Assembly (NCBI GenBank): GCA_963675595.2
Contig: CAXXLZ010000002.1
Span: 4,352,001-4,416,000 of the forward strand
Direction of reading: 5' to 3'
Length of the DNA stretch: 64,000 nt
DNA from: Thermodesulfobacteriota bacterium
Lineage (GTDB): Bacteria > Desulfobacterota > Desulfarculia > JACQYL01
Part shown: piece after piece, positions 32,931-44,903 of the stretch
How the letters are laid out: every line of letters begins with the position of its first letter
Numbering within the stretch: the first letter of the stretch is position 1
The notes under the pieces: model-generated
Seen by the model: only the letters and a program-made list of their open reading frames with translations
Databases searched by the model: none
Told to the model about the DNA's origin: nothing
Position numbers and translations under genes: made by a program

Positions 32931-33670
32931 GACCCAGGTCCCGGACCGAGCAGGAGCATGCCGAAGCCGAAAGCCCGATGCCGGCCCACGCCGCGGCCCA
33001 GGAGTCGGTTGAACGCCTCACTGTCGGCCACCCGGACAACTCCGTCGAAACGCACTTCAGGGCGGGTGAGTCGCCGGCCCGACCGGGATCGGTCCCTCCG
33101 CACGAAGCGGCCCAGGCGGAAGGACCTGACCCGGGCGCCCAGCAGGTGCGCGGCCCCGTCTCGTTCCATTTCCCGTTCCAGCCACTCCCTGTAGACCTCG
33201 TCCCTGGAGACGCCCTCCCCGGTGCGCCAAACTCGGGCCAGGTAGGCGTCCACCTCGGGCGCGGACTTCCTGGCCGCCGCCGTCTTGCCGTGTCCCGAAG
33301 GGCCTCGGACGATGGGGCAGGCTTTCACCGTGAACGTCAGCCGGGTTTCTTCCGGCCACTTCGCCGGCATGGGTTTGGAGAGGAACCGGGACCAGTCCAC
33401 CAGGTTCCACGCCTCGGGCGGCGCGAACATCTTCGCACGGCTTTCCAGGTCTTGGTGATCCAGGGTGCTGTAAGCCAGCAGCTCCCCGGACCGGTTCCAT
33501 TGAATCGCGAACGGCTTGGGTGCGTCGTCTCCGAACAGCCGGCCCAACAGGCAGTGCACCGCGTAACCCTCATCAAAGGCGTGGGCGGGCAGCCTTTCGT
33601 CGCGGGCGAATCGCTGAAACGCCAAAGGATCGGACAATACCAATTGAATCAAGAAGTTAGGTTTGGCCAT
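32927..33670 (-). CDS. cas6e: Type I-E Cas6e (Cse3/CasE)
   Basis: N-terminal YAVH, C-terminal glycine loop GVGRHRAFGFGML. Confidence 0.92.
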   Translation of the reverse strand: MAKPNFLIQLVLSDPLAFQRFARDERLPAHAFDEGYAVHCLLGRLFGDDAPKPFAIQWNRSGELLAYSTLDHQDLESRAKMFAPPEAWNLVDWSRFLSKPMPAKWPEETRLTFTVKACPIVRGPSGHGKTAAARKSAPEVDAYLARVWRTGEGVSRDEVYREWLEREMERDGAAHLLGARVRSFRLGRFVRRDRSRSGRRLTRPEVRFDGVVRVADSEAFNRLLGRGVGRHRAFGFGMLLLGPGPGS

Positions 33671-34376
33671 GGGCGTCCTCCTTCGGATTCATGAGACCTC
33701 TTTGCACCCGGTGTTCCCCCACGTGAATCTGGTTGGCCCAGTCGCGCAGGTCTCGTACCCGGAAGGTGGTTTCGTCATCCCCGCCACCGGGCCACTGGGC
33801 CTCCAGTACGCCGGAATCGGACTTGACGTCCCGGCCCAATGCGGCCAAGGCGTCCCGCGGGTCCTCCGCGTCCACGCATTCCAACAGCAGGGGGGCGGCC
33901 GGGATGCATGACTTGCGGCCCAGGAACAGGGGACGGGCGGGGCGGAACAGAGCCCGACGCAGGTCCTCCGGTGTGGGAGGCTCCTCTTCCGGCTCCAGCG
34001 CCAAGGCCGCCGCCGCCACCCGGTCGGCCCAGTAGTCCCGGAGCCGAATATGCGTTTCACGCGAGCTGGCGCCCTCCCTTCCTTCCATGACCCCCCTGGA
34101 GGTCCAGCCGGTGTCCGTGAGAAAATCCGCGCCCAGGTCCACGGTCTGGTAATCTCGGAGGCGTTCCCCCTTGCGTTCGATGCGGACCGCGACCCGGAGT
34201 CGTTCCTGGAGTCGTTGGTGGCGCTCGGGTTCCCAACGCATCCAGCCCAGCGCGTTGGCCAGGAGGCCCGTGATCATGGACAGCGGGGGAAAAGGGGCGG
34301 CCGGCCGTCGGTTGTCCACGGCCACGTCTCCGAAAGCCATCAAGGGCGCGTCCATGCGAAGCAGCAGGACTCTCAT
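33657..34376 (-). CDS. cas5e: Type I-E Cas5 (CasD)
   Basis: LLLRMDAPLMAFG, GLLANALG, LRDYQTV, LFLGRKSC; ATG 34376 overlaps the cas7 stop (ATGA). Confidence 0.93.
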   Translation of the reverse strand: MRVLLLRMDAPLMAFGDVAVDNRRPAAPFPPLSMITGLLANALGWMRWEPERHQRLQERLRVAVRIERKGERLRDYQTVDLGADFLTDTGWTSRGVMEGREGASSRETHIRLRDYWADRVAAAALALEPEEEPPTPEDLRRALFRPARPLFLGRKSCIPAAPLLLECVDAEDPRDALAALGRDVKSDSGVLEAQWPGGGDDETTFRVRDLRDWANQIHVGEHRVQRGLMNPKEDAHGQT

Positions 34377-35569
34377 GACGCCCCCCGAACCCGGTTCGCC
34401 GCCCACGCGGCCAGCGAGTTGAGTGCCGAAACCCTGTCCGCCCCCCGGAGGGCGATCTCTTCCAGGCTCACGTATTGCCGTTCGTTGCCCGGCTCGTATA
34501 CCGTGTCGATGCGACCCACGTGATCGTCCAACCGGTTGAGGGTTTCCCCCACAAGGTCCGGGCCGGTGAAAACCGGTTTGAAAAAGGCGTTGGCCCAAGT
34601 GCAGGGTTGCGCGTCCCCGCATTCCACCGCCAGAAAGTGGGCGTAGGAGAAGGGGGCCGTGGCCCCGAGCTTGGCGCCGGGGGACACGGTGGCGAGCAAA
34701 TGGGTGAAGTGCTCCACCACTTCTCCGGCCAGGGACCGGTCGGCCTGTTCCCAATCGTGAACGTGGCAACCCTCGAGGTTGGAAACCAGCAACGGCAGGT
34801 CCACGGCCGCGTAGCCGTAGTACAGGCCGCTGGTCAGCTCGGCCTCGTTGACGTGGCCGGCGCCCATGCCGGTTTCTCCTTCCGCTTCTTTGAGGAGGTC
34901 GTCCACCGCGGTGAAATAGTCCGTCTCGCTCTGTTCCGCATGCACCGTGAAGGCGTGGGCCACGTACACGGAAGCGTCGCAATCGGCCAGCAGGTCCGAG
35001 GTCTTCATGCGTCCGAAGAGGGCCGCGTCCAGACCGGCCCCTTTGCCGACGGCCCGCAGGTTCTTTAATCCCTCTTTGCCGATTCTGTCCTTGAGGGCTC
35101 CTTCCAGCTTCTTGAGCTCCGGTCTTTCCTCGTTGGACAACTCGGAAAGCAGTTGTCTCAGGTAAAGCACCTCGGGATAGCCCAGAACCACGATCTGGTT
35201 GGTTCGGAGTCCCTTTTTCTCCTTGGCATCCGAGCCCTTGGACTTGCCGAGCACCATGTTCATGAGGGTCGAAACCGCGGCGTCGGCCCATTCGGAATCC
35301 AGGCCCATCTGTTCCTTCAGAGGTCCGGCGATTCGTTCCGAAAAGATGTGGCGTGAGCGCAGGGACATGGATTCCGGTCCCCGAATCTCCGACAAGGCGT
35401 GGGGACCTTGATGGGTTCGCCAATGTCGCTTGAGACACTGGGAGGAAACGCGGGTGCGCACCGCGCCCCCGAAAGGCACCCGCTTGGCGAATCCGGCGTC
35501 GTCGCGATTGAGCAGGCTTGCGGGATACGCGGTCAGGTAGTGGAACTGAAGAAAACGGGGCGTGCTCAT
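34373..35569 (-). CDS. cas7e: Type I-E Cas7 (Cse4/CasC)
   Basis: LLNRDD.G.AK, RVSSQCLKR, ALFGRM, DYFTAVDD. Confidence 0.95.
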   Translation of the reverse strand: MSTPRFLQFHYLTAYPASLLNRDDAGFAKRVPFGGAVRTRVSSQCLKRHWRTHQGPHALSEIRGPESMSLRSRHIFSERIAGPLKEQMGLDSEWADAAVSTLMNMVLGKSKGSDAKEKKGLRTNQIVVLGYPEVLYLRQLLSELSNEERPELKKLEGALKDRIGKEGLKNLRAVGKGAGLDAALFGRMKTSDLLADCDASVYVAHAFTVHAEQSETDYFTAVDDLLKEAEGETGMGAGHVNEAELTSGLYYGYAAVDLPLLVSNLEGCHVHDWEQADRSLAGEVVEHFTHLLATVSPGAKLGATAPFSYAHFLAVECGDAQPCTWANAFFKPVFTGPDLVGETLNRLDDHVGRIDTVYEPGNERQYVSLEEIALRGADRVSALNSLAAWAANRVRGAS

Positions 35570-36114
35570 GAGTGTTCCTCCTCTTTGGATTCCTGTCGGT
35601 AGAGTTGGGTGAAGAAGTCCCGGGCCACGCGTCGGCGCACGCGTTCCGCCCGTTCGGGGTGGATTCGGGGATCGAAGAAGACCAGGTCCGCCGCGACCGT
35701 CCAGTCCAGGGCCTCCCCTTTGGCGGCCAGGAACCGGACCATGTTTTGAAACACGTCGGCCAGGGAAGGCCCCGAGGCCCTGAGGAGCCGGCGAAGGCGC
35801 AATGGGGAGAAACCGGCTTCCGCAAGGGTACGACCCGGCCGTCGGCCTTTTTCATGGGGCAAACGGGCCATGCCGGACAGCACCAAGGCCCAGCGGCGTT
35901 CCCACGCGTCACGGGCCGACTCGTTGCCGGGCGGAGGATCGTGAGGTTCCACGCAGCGCACCAGGAGCCGCCAAAAGGCGAAGGAGCCCGGATCGCGAGA
36001 GTCCAGTCGTCTCAGCTCCGCCAGGTCCCCGGGGACCAGGCGTCCTTCCCGTACGGCTTCCGCCGCGGCGTAAACGGCCCGATGCCGACCCGCGGGTTCA
36101 TGGGATGGGTTCAT
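35566..36114 (-). CDS. cse2: Type I-E Cas11 (Cse2/CasB)
   Basis: LAELRR, RLRRLL, LDW, VARDFF; position between cas8e and cas7. Confidence 0.88.
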   Translation of the reverse strand: MNPSHEPAGRHRAVYAAAEAVREGRLVPGDLAELRRLDSRDPGSFAFWRLLVRCVEPHDPPPGNESARDAWERRWALVLSGMARLPHEKGRRPGRTLAEAGFSPLRLRRLLRASGPSLADVFQNMVRFLAAKGEALDWTVAADLVFFDPRIHPERAERVRRRVARDFFTQLYRQESKEEEHS

Positions 36115-37663
36115 GAATCTCCTCCTCGTTGGGATTGAACAATTCCGGCAACTGCCGTCGAAGACCGTTTTCAAACAGATTCCATGCCTTGGCCACGGCG
36201 CGTTCCCTCACCGCGTCGGAAATGGGGGCCTCTTTCTCGGCCCGCTGGAGGACCCCGCGTCCTTGGTCGCGAAGAAACTCGGCCCACCTCCGAGCCTGAT
36301 CCTCCGCGGAAAGTTCCGAGTCCTCCCAGAGCTTGGGAAAAAAGGCGGCATCCACCGCGGCATCGTACGGCTCCTTCCACCGCTGGTGGTTCCCGCCCGC
36401 CTTGAGTTGGTCGGCGCCCCCCTGGAGCAAGGCCCTCAACGCCCAGGACACGACCTTCTTCCAGAAATCACCCGTGCGTTGCACGCGATCCTTGGCCAGT
36501 CGGGCCAGGGATTGTTCCTCTTCCCGGAAGAACAATCGCCTGCGGACTCGGGCCGGCACCCGAATCCAGCGTTCGTGAAAGCCTTCGGTCTTGCCTTGTC
36601 CCCGCGTCAACGCGGAAGCGTGGAAGTACATCTCCGGAGGGTCGTCCTCCTGCAACTGCGTGCAGATTCCACCGGCAAATCCGTCCCGGAAAAGAAGCCG
36701 GCTGCAAAGATCGTAATGAAACCCCCGAGCGGACACGGTCAGGGCCTGGGGGGGATCGTCGGCCTTCACCGGTATCCAGGGATCGCCCACGCTCCCTTTG
36801 AGCAGGTCGGATCGCGGTTCCAGCCTGGCCTGAGTCGTGCCTTTATAGTAGGCCACGGCGCGCTCTTCCTTCAGGACCATGCGTATGCGTCGGGAGATTT
36901 CGACCGCATAAGGATCGCAGCTTCGGAGGGGCAAAGAGCTTTCTCCGTTCCAGGGCTCAATCCAAAGAAGCCTCCGCAACTCCGAACCGTTCCCTCGCTC
37001 CAAGTCGCGGATCAGTCCGTCGTGTTCCCGTACCAGAATGCGCAAATCCCTGCGAAACCGTTCTCCCCAATCCATGCTTGGGGCCCAGCCGACCACGGGC
37101 CGGCTCCCGTATCCGCCGTTCATTCGAGCCACGCCGTAGTAGCTTTTTCCTGAATAGCCGGCGCAGGTCTGCAGGGCGAGAAGAGCGAAAAGCCAATGAT
37201 CCGGTCCGGGGTCCCGAACTCTGCCTGCTTTCAGGTCGTGGTGTTTAGCCGTGACCAGCAGGTCCAATGAGCCGTAATCCGGGGCGTTTAGGGGGCCTTT
37301 GAACTGCTTCAGGCCGCCTTCCGGCACCGGAGGCTGCATAAAGGCCGGAAGGGCCAAGTCCTCCATCACCAGGCTCCAGGGGGCGTCTTGCGGAAAGCCG
37401 GGAGTCAAACGCCGAAGACGCTCCTTCCATTGGGAAGCGTCCCCATGGAGGCCGTCTTCCGGACGGTCCCCACAGGCCAGGGCGGCGAGTTGGACCAGAA
37501 AGACGTACCAGGCCGGTTCCTGGTGGGGCTGCAAATGGGCGAAGCCTTCCAAAGAAGACCCGCCCCCCAGCAGGGCCAGCACTTCGGGCAGGGACCGGTC
37601 CTCCGTTCCTCCTTCCCGGTTCCGGATCCGGATGAGGGGTTCTTCCAGCAGGTTGTAGGGCAT
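36098..37663 (-). CDS. cse1: Type I-E Cas8e (Cse1/CasA)
   Basis: YNLLEEPLI N-terminus, RMNGGYG.R, DPW.P, RGQGKTEG.HER; first gene of the Cascade operon. Confidence 0.88.
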   Translation of the reverse strand: MPYNLLEEPLIRIRNREGGTEDRSLPEVLALLGGGSSLEGFAHLQPHQEPAWYVFLVQLAALACGDRPEDGLHGDASQWKERLRRLTPGFPQDAPWSLVMEDLALPAFMQPPVPEGGLKQFKGPLNAPDYGSLDLLVTAKHHDLKAGRVRDPGPDHWLFALLALQTCAGYSGKSYYGVARMNGGYGSRPVVGWAPSMDWGERFRRDLRILVREHDGLIRDLERGNGSELRRLLWIEPWNGESSLPLRSCDPYAVEISRRIRMVLKEERAVAYYKGTTQARLEPRSDLLKGSVGDPWIPVKADDPPQALTVSARGFHYDLCSRLLFRDGFAGGICTQLQEDDPPEMYFHASALTRGQGKTEGFHERWIRVPARVRRRLFFREEEQSLARLAKDRVQRTGDFWKKVVSWALRALLQGGADQLKAGGNHQRWKEPYDAAVDAAFFPKLWEDSELSAEDQARRWAEFLRDQGRGVLQRAEKEAPISDAVRERAVAKAWNLFENGLRRQLPELFNPNEEEIHEPIP

Positions 37664-37702
37664 AGCCGCTCCCATGCGATTACAGGGTTGATGAAGTCGG
37701 CT

Positions 37703-40393
<2,691 letters not shown>

Positions 40394-40658
40394 TCAAATG
40401 GAAATACGGGTAATCACCGGATAGGGAGTATTCTGTGGGTATCTGCTTTTGAATTGATGGTGAATCGTCGATTAACCGCCATGTTCGATTTTGGCGATCA
40501 ACCACGGGCGGAATTTCCTATTCGGATTTAACTCCGCCCGTTGACGAATCAGGTCAAAGGAATGGGGGATTTTTTCAAGAAAAGGAGAATCATTTCGTAG
40601 GCCGTTGGGGGACGGTCGTATCCCCTCCCACGGGCTCGCCGGGAGCGGGAGGAAGACC

Positions 40659-40684
40659 GTAGGGGCGGTTCGCGAACCGCTCCC
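40659..40684 (+). repeat. GTAG-type REP-like palindrome
   Basis: GTAGGGGCGGTTCGCGAACCGCTCCC, near-perfect palindrome preceded by GTAG, intergenic. Confidence 0.6.
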
Positions 40685-40723
40685 ATCATTTTCCGATGGT
40701 ATGCGAAATCCGCGATGATCGAA

Positions 40724-41509
40724 TCAATGTCCGAGGAAGTCCGCAGGCGGCATTGCGGAGGATGGCCCATCGGCCTTTCCAGGCTCGAGGATGCAGGCCT
40801 CCAGTGCGGCGCGGAGTCCCAACGCCCGGTTGCGGTGAAACCGTTCCGACCGGAATCCGTGCTTCCACACACCGGAACCGAGTTCGTCGGAAACCACCAG
40901 CAGGGCCGCGGCTCCGATCCCCCGATATCGGGACACCTTGAGCAAGGCGGATAGTTCCATTTCCACGGCCACGGCGCCTCGACTCGTGAAGCGACGAATC
41001 TTGGAGGGGGTTTCTCGATAGGGCGCGTCCGTGGTCCAAATCGCGCCTTCCTTGGCGGGCTCTCCCGATTCACGGCACGTCCGGTGCAGCGCCGAAGACA
41101 TCCCGGGGTCCGCCTGAACCCGCACGCCGGGCAAAGGATAGTGCCCGGAAGTTCCTTCTTCCGACAGCGCCCTGGGCGGAATGACCAGATCGCCGATGCA
41201 CGCTTCGGAGGAAATGGATCCACACCAGCCGAACCAGAAAACCTTCCGCGCCCCCATGGCGGCGAGATTTTCGAGAAGCATCACGGCCTGGGGCGCTCCC
41301 AATGCCGGGCCCGCCAGGAAGATTTCCCGATCCCGGTAATGTCCCACGGCCACGTCCATGCAGCGAAACAACTTTCTCACGGTGTGGGCGGACGTGAGTT
41401 CCACGCTCTCTTCGAAGTCTTCGTGCACGGGAATAAGCAACCCCGTTTCCGGCAGGGGGGGCGAGTTTCTTCCCGCTACGGCCCGGATAATGGCTCGATC
41501 GTCCTTCAT
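40724..41509 (-). CDS. Nucleoside phosphorylase (PNP/UDP family)
   Basis: GWCGS, EEGTS.HY, WTTDAPYRET, AVEME, VSD. Confidence 0.88.
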   Translation of the reverse strand: MKDDRAIIRAVAGRNSPPLPETGLLIPVHEDFEESVELTSAHTVRKLFRCMDVAVGHYRDREIFLAGPALGAPQAVMLLENLAAMGARKVFWFGWCGSISSEACIGDLVIPPRALSEEGTSGHYPLPGVRVQADPGMSSALHRTCRESGEPAKEGAIWTTDAPYRETPSKIRRFTSRGAVAVEMELSALLKVSRYRGIGAAALLVVSDELGSGVWKHGFRSERFHRNRALGLRAALEACILEPGKADGPSSAMPPADFLGH

Positions 41510-41734
41510 TGCAGTCGCTCTTTGTGTTGTGGGATTCGGTTCAATGCCCGAGCGGAGGGAGAACGGCGCGGATCAAGGGCGCGTCATTCCCGGGTCTCGA
41601 TCCGGACGTCGTGTATCCCGACTCGCTGAATCAACTGGTGGTCCGGGTCCTTCAACAAAATTCGCTTCCCCGATCCGGGGTATGGACATTCACGGCGACG
41701 TCCCGCTGCTTCATGAATTCCCGGATCGAAATCA

Positions 41735-42700
41735 TCAATTCCACCAAAATTGCACGACATACCGCAAAGCAAGGGCCACAATGACCACGGACAGCATGGC
41801 CTTGATAAAAACGGCGGGCATGATCTTCTGTAACCGGGCCCCGCAGTAGATGCCGGCCACTCCTCCCGCGCCGAACAGTAATCCCAGCAGCCAGTCCGGA
41901 GCCACGGTCATGGTGGCCGGGGAGAACAGGGGAACCACGAGTTGATAAAAGGCGACGCCGAAAATTGAGCTTACGAAGGTGCCGGCCAGGGCCGCCCCAG
42001 CCACCGTGTACACGGGAAGTTTGAACACCGCGACGAAAAAGGGCGCCACAATGGCTCCTCCGCCGATGCCGTAAGTCCCTCCCACGATTCCCACAAGGAA
42101 CGCGAGAGCGAAGATGCCCATGGTGGAAAAGGTAAAGGTTTCCCCCATGAACTCATAGGAGATGCTTCGGAGCGAGCATTCCAACGTCTTGACCCGCATC
42201 TCCTCCATGAACCGACGGGCTTCGGCCCCGCCGGCCCGCCTGGCCTGCCGAAGCCGTTCGTTGCACCGTTGTTCCGCCGCTTGCCTTTTTTTCTTGGATG
42301 ACTTGCCCAAGGTCAGGTCCCAGGCCAGTCGAAGACCGATGTAGAGCAGGACCAATCCCACGAAAAGCTTGAAGGCGCGCGGATCGGGCAAATAAAGCAC
42401 TCGGATGACCGCGCCGCCGGCAATACCCGGGATGGTGCCGGCAACCACCACCCAGGTGAGGGGCCAGGCCATGCGTCCCTCCTTCAGATACCGATAGATT
42501 CCCGAAGGGATGGCCACGACGTTGTACACCAGGTTGGTGGGGCTTACCGCCGGACTGACGAATCCCAACACGCTGACCTGGAAGGGAAGCAAAAGGAAGG
42601 CCCCGGACACGCCTCCCATGGAAGTGAAAAAGGATACCACAAAGGACACCAGCGGAGGAATCCACGGTGATACCTCGACCCCGGAAACCGGAAAGACCAT
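41735..42700 (-). CDS. TauE/SafE (TSUP) family transporter
   Basis: SMGGVSGAFLLLPFQ and GTYGIGGG..VAPF duplicated halves, multiple TM helices. Confidence 0.88.
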   Translation of the reverse strand: MVFPVSGVEVSPWIPPLVSFVVSFFTSMGGVSGAFLLLPFQVSVLGFVSPAVSPTNLVYNVVAIPSGIYRYLKEGRMAWPLTWVVVAGTIPGIAGGAVIRVLYLPDPRAFKLFVGLVLLYIGLRLAWDLTLGKSSKKKRQAAEQRCNERLRQARRAGGAEARRFMEEMRVKTLECSLRSISYEFMGETFTFSTMGIFALAFLVGIVGGTYGIGGGAIVAPFFVAVFKLPVYTVAGAALAGTFVSSIFGVAFYQLVVPLFSPATMTVAPDWLLGLLFGAGGVAGIYCGARLQKIMPAVFIKAMLSVVIVALALRYVVQFWWN

Positions 42701-42959
42701 GACCTCTCCCCAATAAGACGCGGCGTTTGTCGGATTGCAGATAAACCCGCTTTCCAAGGGACCTTTGGAGAAGCGACAAGTGATGCTACCTCTTGAGTGG
42801 TTGGACAATCAATTCCTTAAATGCCGTCAGAGGGCGAGCTGCGGAATACCGAGGAGGCTCACGGATAAAATCGATTTGGGAGTCGGGAGAACCCAAGTTC
42901 GGCAAGCGCCGTAAATGTGGTCTTGGCCACCCGACAAACTGATGGAAGTCGATTTCTCC

Positions 42960-42987
42960 TTGACAAGGGAGAGTGTATCGGCAAACT
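42960..42987 (+). promoter_or_regulatory. Possible sigma70 promoter
   Basis: TTGACA-16 nt-CAAACT in AT-rich DNA about 100 bp before the gene at 43091. Confidence 0.4.
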
Positions 42988-43090
42988 TAAGTTTTGTTAA
43001 GTTCCTAGTTATTGATTGGATGTCTTTAAGAAAGGGCCGACGAGGGCATAAGAATATATATATCCATGAATGGATTGATGGGGGTGAATA

Positions 43091-44809
43091 ATGGGAAGTT
43101 TCTCCGGAATGTTCAGCAGGTTGTGCCTATTCTTTCTAGTTCTCACTCTAACGTCTTCATTTGGGTGGGCTGAAGATCAGATGCTGGTTTTCGATTCGGA
43201 CGAAATCGACCTTGAAGACGTCTGGGTTTATGAATACTCCTGGCAGAATTGGAACAACGCCAACTTCGGCGAATACGCTTCCTTAAGCATCAGCTCCAAT
43301 GTGGACGGTATTGTAGGAACAAGGGGACGAAGTTATGTCAAGTTCGACATAACAAAGATCGGAGTTTCACCTGATCTACCTCTTTCTGTGGAGGCGATCC
43401 GGAAAGTTGAGTTGGTTCTTTCGGTCGTCCCGCAACAAGGACCCGTTTACGCCGAGGTACACCGCGTACTCACCGCGTGGGAAGAGGGGGATGGAGTTTA
43501 TCACTCGGGAGAAACCGAGCCTTCCGCGCCGGCCGGGGTCGTTTCCTGGAACAACCAACCATCGTGGGACAGTGTGGTCGTCTCGAAGACAGATCTTCCG
43601 TCCTCTGCCAATGAATACTCGATCCAAATGGATGTGACGGAGCTTGTGAAGGCATGGATGCGTGGAACCTACGCGAACTACGGACTGGTTCTGGTGGGCG
43701 AAGATGAAGGTTCGGCAAGCTACAAGTTTATTTTTCGGGCTTCCGAATACAGCGAAGCCGACTTCCGACCCAAGTTGCTTGTAACCTACTCGACCGAAGC
43801 CACGGACCGGATAGCCGATCCACTGACGGGACACGAATACCAGATTTGCGAGACGGCCATGACCTGGCTCGAAGCCAAAGCACATTGCGAGAATCTTGGC
43901 GGTCACCTCGCCACGATGAATACGGCCGAAGAAAACGAGCTTGTTTTCCAGAATCTGGTTCAGCCCGCGAATCATTATTGCTGGCTCGGCGCTTCCAACG
44001 ACAATGCCGAGGGGGTCTGGAAGTGGGTTACGGGAGAGCCTTGGCTTTATGTGAATTGGTCCGGTGGGGAGCCGAACAATTATTGTGGAGATGAACACTA
44101 TCTGCACATTTTCAAGAACCAGTCCGACGCCTGGAACGACCAATCAAACGATGGAAGCTGTGCTTCCTATGGATTAATGTATCCGCTTTGCGAGTGGCCT
44201 CACGGCAGCGGGGATTTGGTTCCGGATAACGGCATCTGGAGGAGCTCGGACGGTTTGATCAGCTTCTATCTGCAGAAATACCAAGCGGGGTCCTGCATTC
44301 TCGTTGTGACGACCGGCGACGGAATCTATACCGCCTTCATGGACTTCGACTACACGGACGGGGTTTCCTGCTCCGACGACCTCATGTTTCAGGGACACAC
44401 TCTCCAGCTGAATCTGAGCCAAACGAACGCGGGGATAATGACGGTCTCATTACCGGGAACCGGCACGATTACGAGAGCGGCTTCACTGTTGTTCCCCGAC
44501 ACTCGAGGCTCCTCCCCGGATCCGAAGAACGGTATCTGGAAGTCGTCGGATGGCGCTGTGAGCTTCTACTTTCAAGTTTATGAGGCGGGATCGTGCATCT
44601 TGGTGGCGACCACGGGAGACGGCAACTACACGGCTTTCCTGGATCCAACATACGCCGACGGCATCCAGACGACCAATGATCTGGACAATGGAGGCTACGC
44701 GGTCGACTTCGCGGCAACGGACGGGGAGCACGGAACCCTTACGATTTCATTACCGGGCTTCGGTTCCAATATCCAATCCGTCGAGCTGCTCTTTCCGGAT
44801 GTGCCGTGA
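43091..44809 (+). CDS. Secreted multidomain protein: DNRLRE-like domain + C-type lectin domain + two C-terminal repeats
   Basis: Signal peptide; RSYVKFD, W.EG, MDVT.LVKAW, NYGLVL, RPKLLVTY; lectin motifs TW.EA..HC..LGGHLAT, W.GGEPNN, WND; two NGIW.SSDG..SFY.Q.Y.AGSCILV.TTGDG.YTAF.D repeats. Confidence 0.85.
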   Translation: MGSFSGMFSRLCLFFLVLTLTSSFGWAEDQMLVFDSDEIDLEDVWVYEYSWQNWNNANFGEYASLSISSNVDGIVGTRGRSYVKFDITKIGVSPDLPLSVEAIRKVELVLSVVPQQGPVYAEVHRVLTAWEEGDGVYHSGETEPSAPAGVVSWNNQPSWDSVVVSKTDLPSSANEYSIQMDVTELVKAWMRGTYANYGLVLVGEDEGSASYKFIFRASEYSEADFRPKLLVTYSTEATDRIADPLTGHEYQICETAMTWLEAKAHCENLGGHLATMNTAEENELVFQNLVQPANHYCWLGASNDNAEGVWKWVTGEPWLYVNWSGGEPNNYCGDEHYLHIFKNQSDAWNDQSNDGSCASYGLMYPLCEWPHGSGDLVPDNGIWRSSDGLISFYLQKYQAGSCILVVTTGDGIYTAFMDFDYTDGVSCSDDLMFQGHTLQLNLSQTNAGIMTVSLPGTGTITRAASLLFPDTRGSSPDPKNGIWKSSDGAVSFYFQVYEAGSCILVATTGDGNYTAFLDPTYADGIQTTNDLDNGGYAVDFAATDGEHGTLTISLPGFGSNIQSVELLFPDVP

Positions 44810-44903
44810 TTCGGCGTCGGTACGGTCCGTTGATCCACAAGGGGATTCAGGGCTGACAGGAAATGAAGGCGGCCGAGACGACCTCTTCGACGAGAGGTCG
44901 TCC

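Noticed and set aside
33657-35912. 751-aa ORF suggesting a Cas5 with a large N-terminal fusion
   Set aside because: The first ~510 codons are an off-frame overlap of cse2/cas7; real Cas5 starts at ATG 34376. No HNH or other fusion seen
41510-41734. Possible small gene between the TSUP transporter and nucleoside phosphorylase
   Set aside because: Only short ORFs without clear RBS or recognisable motifs
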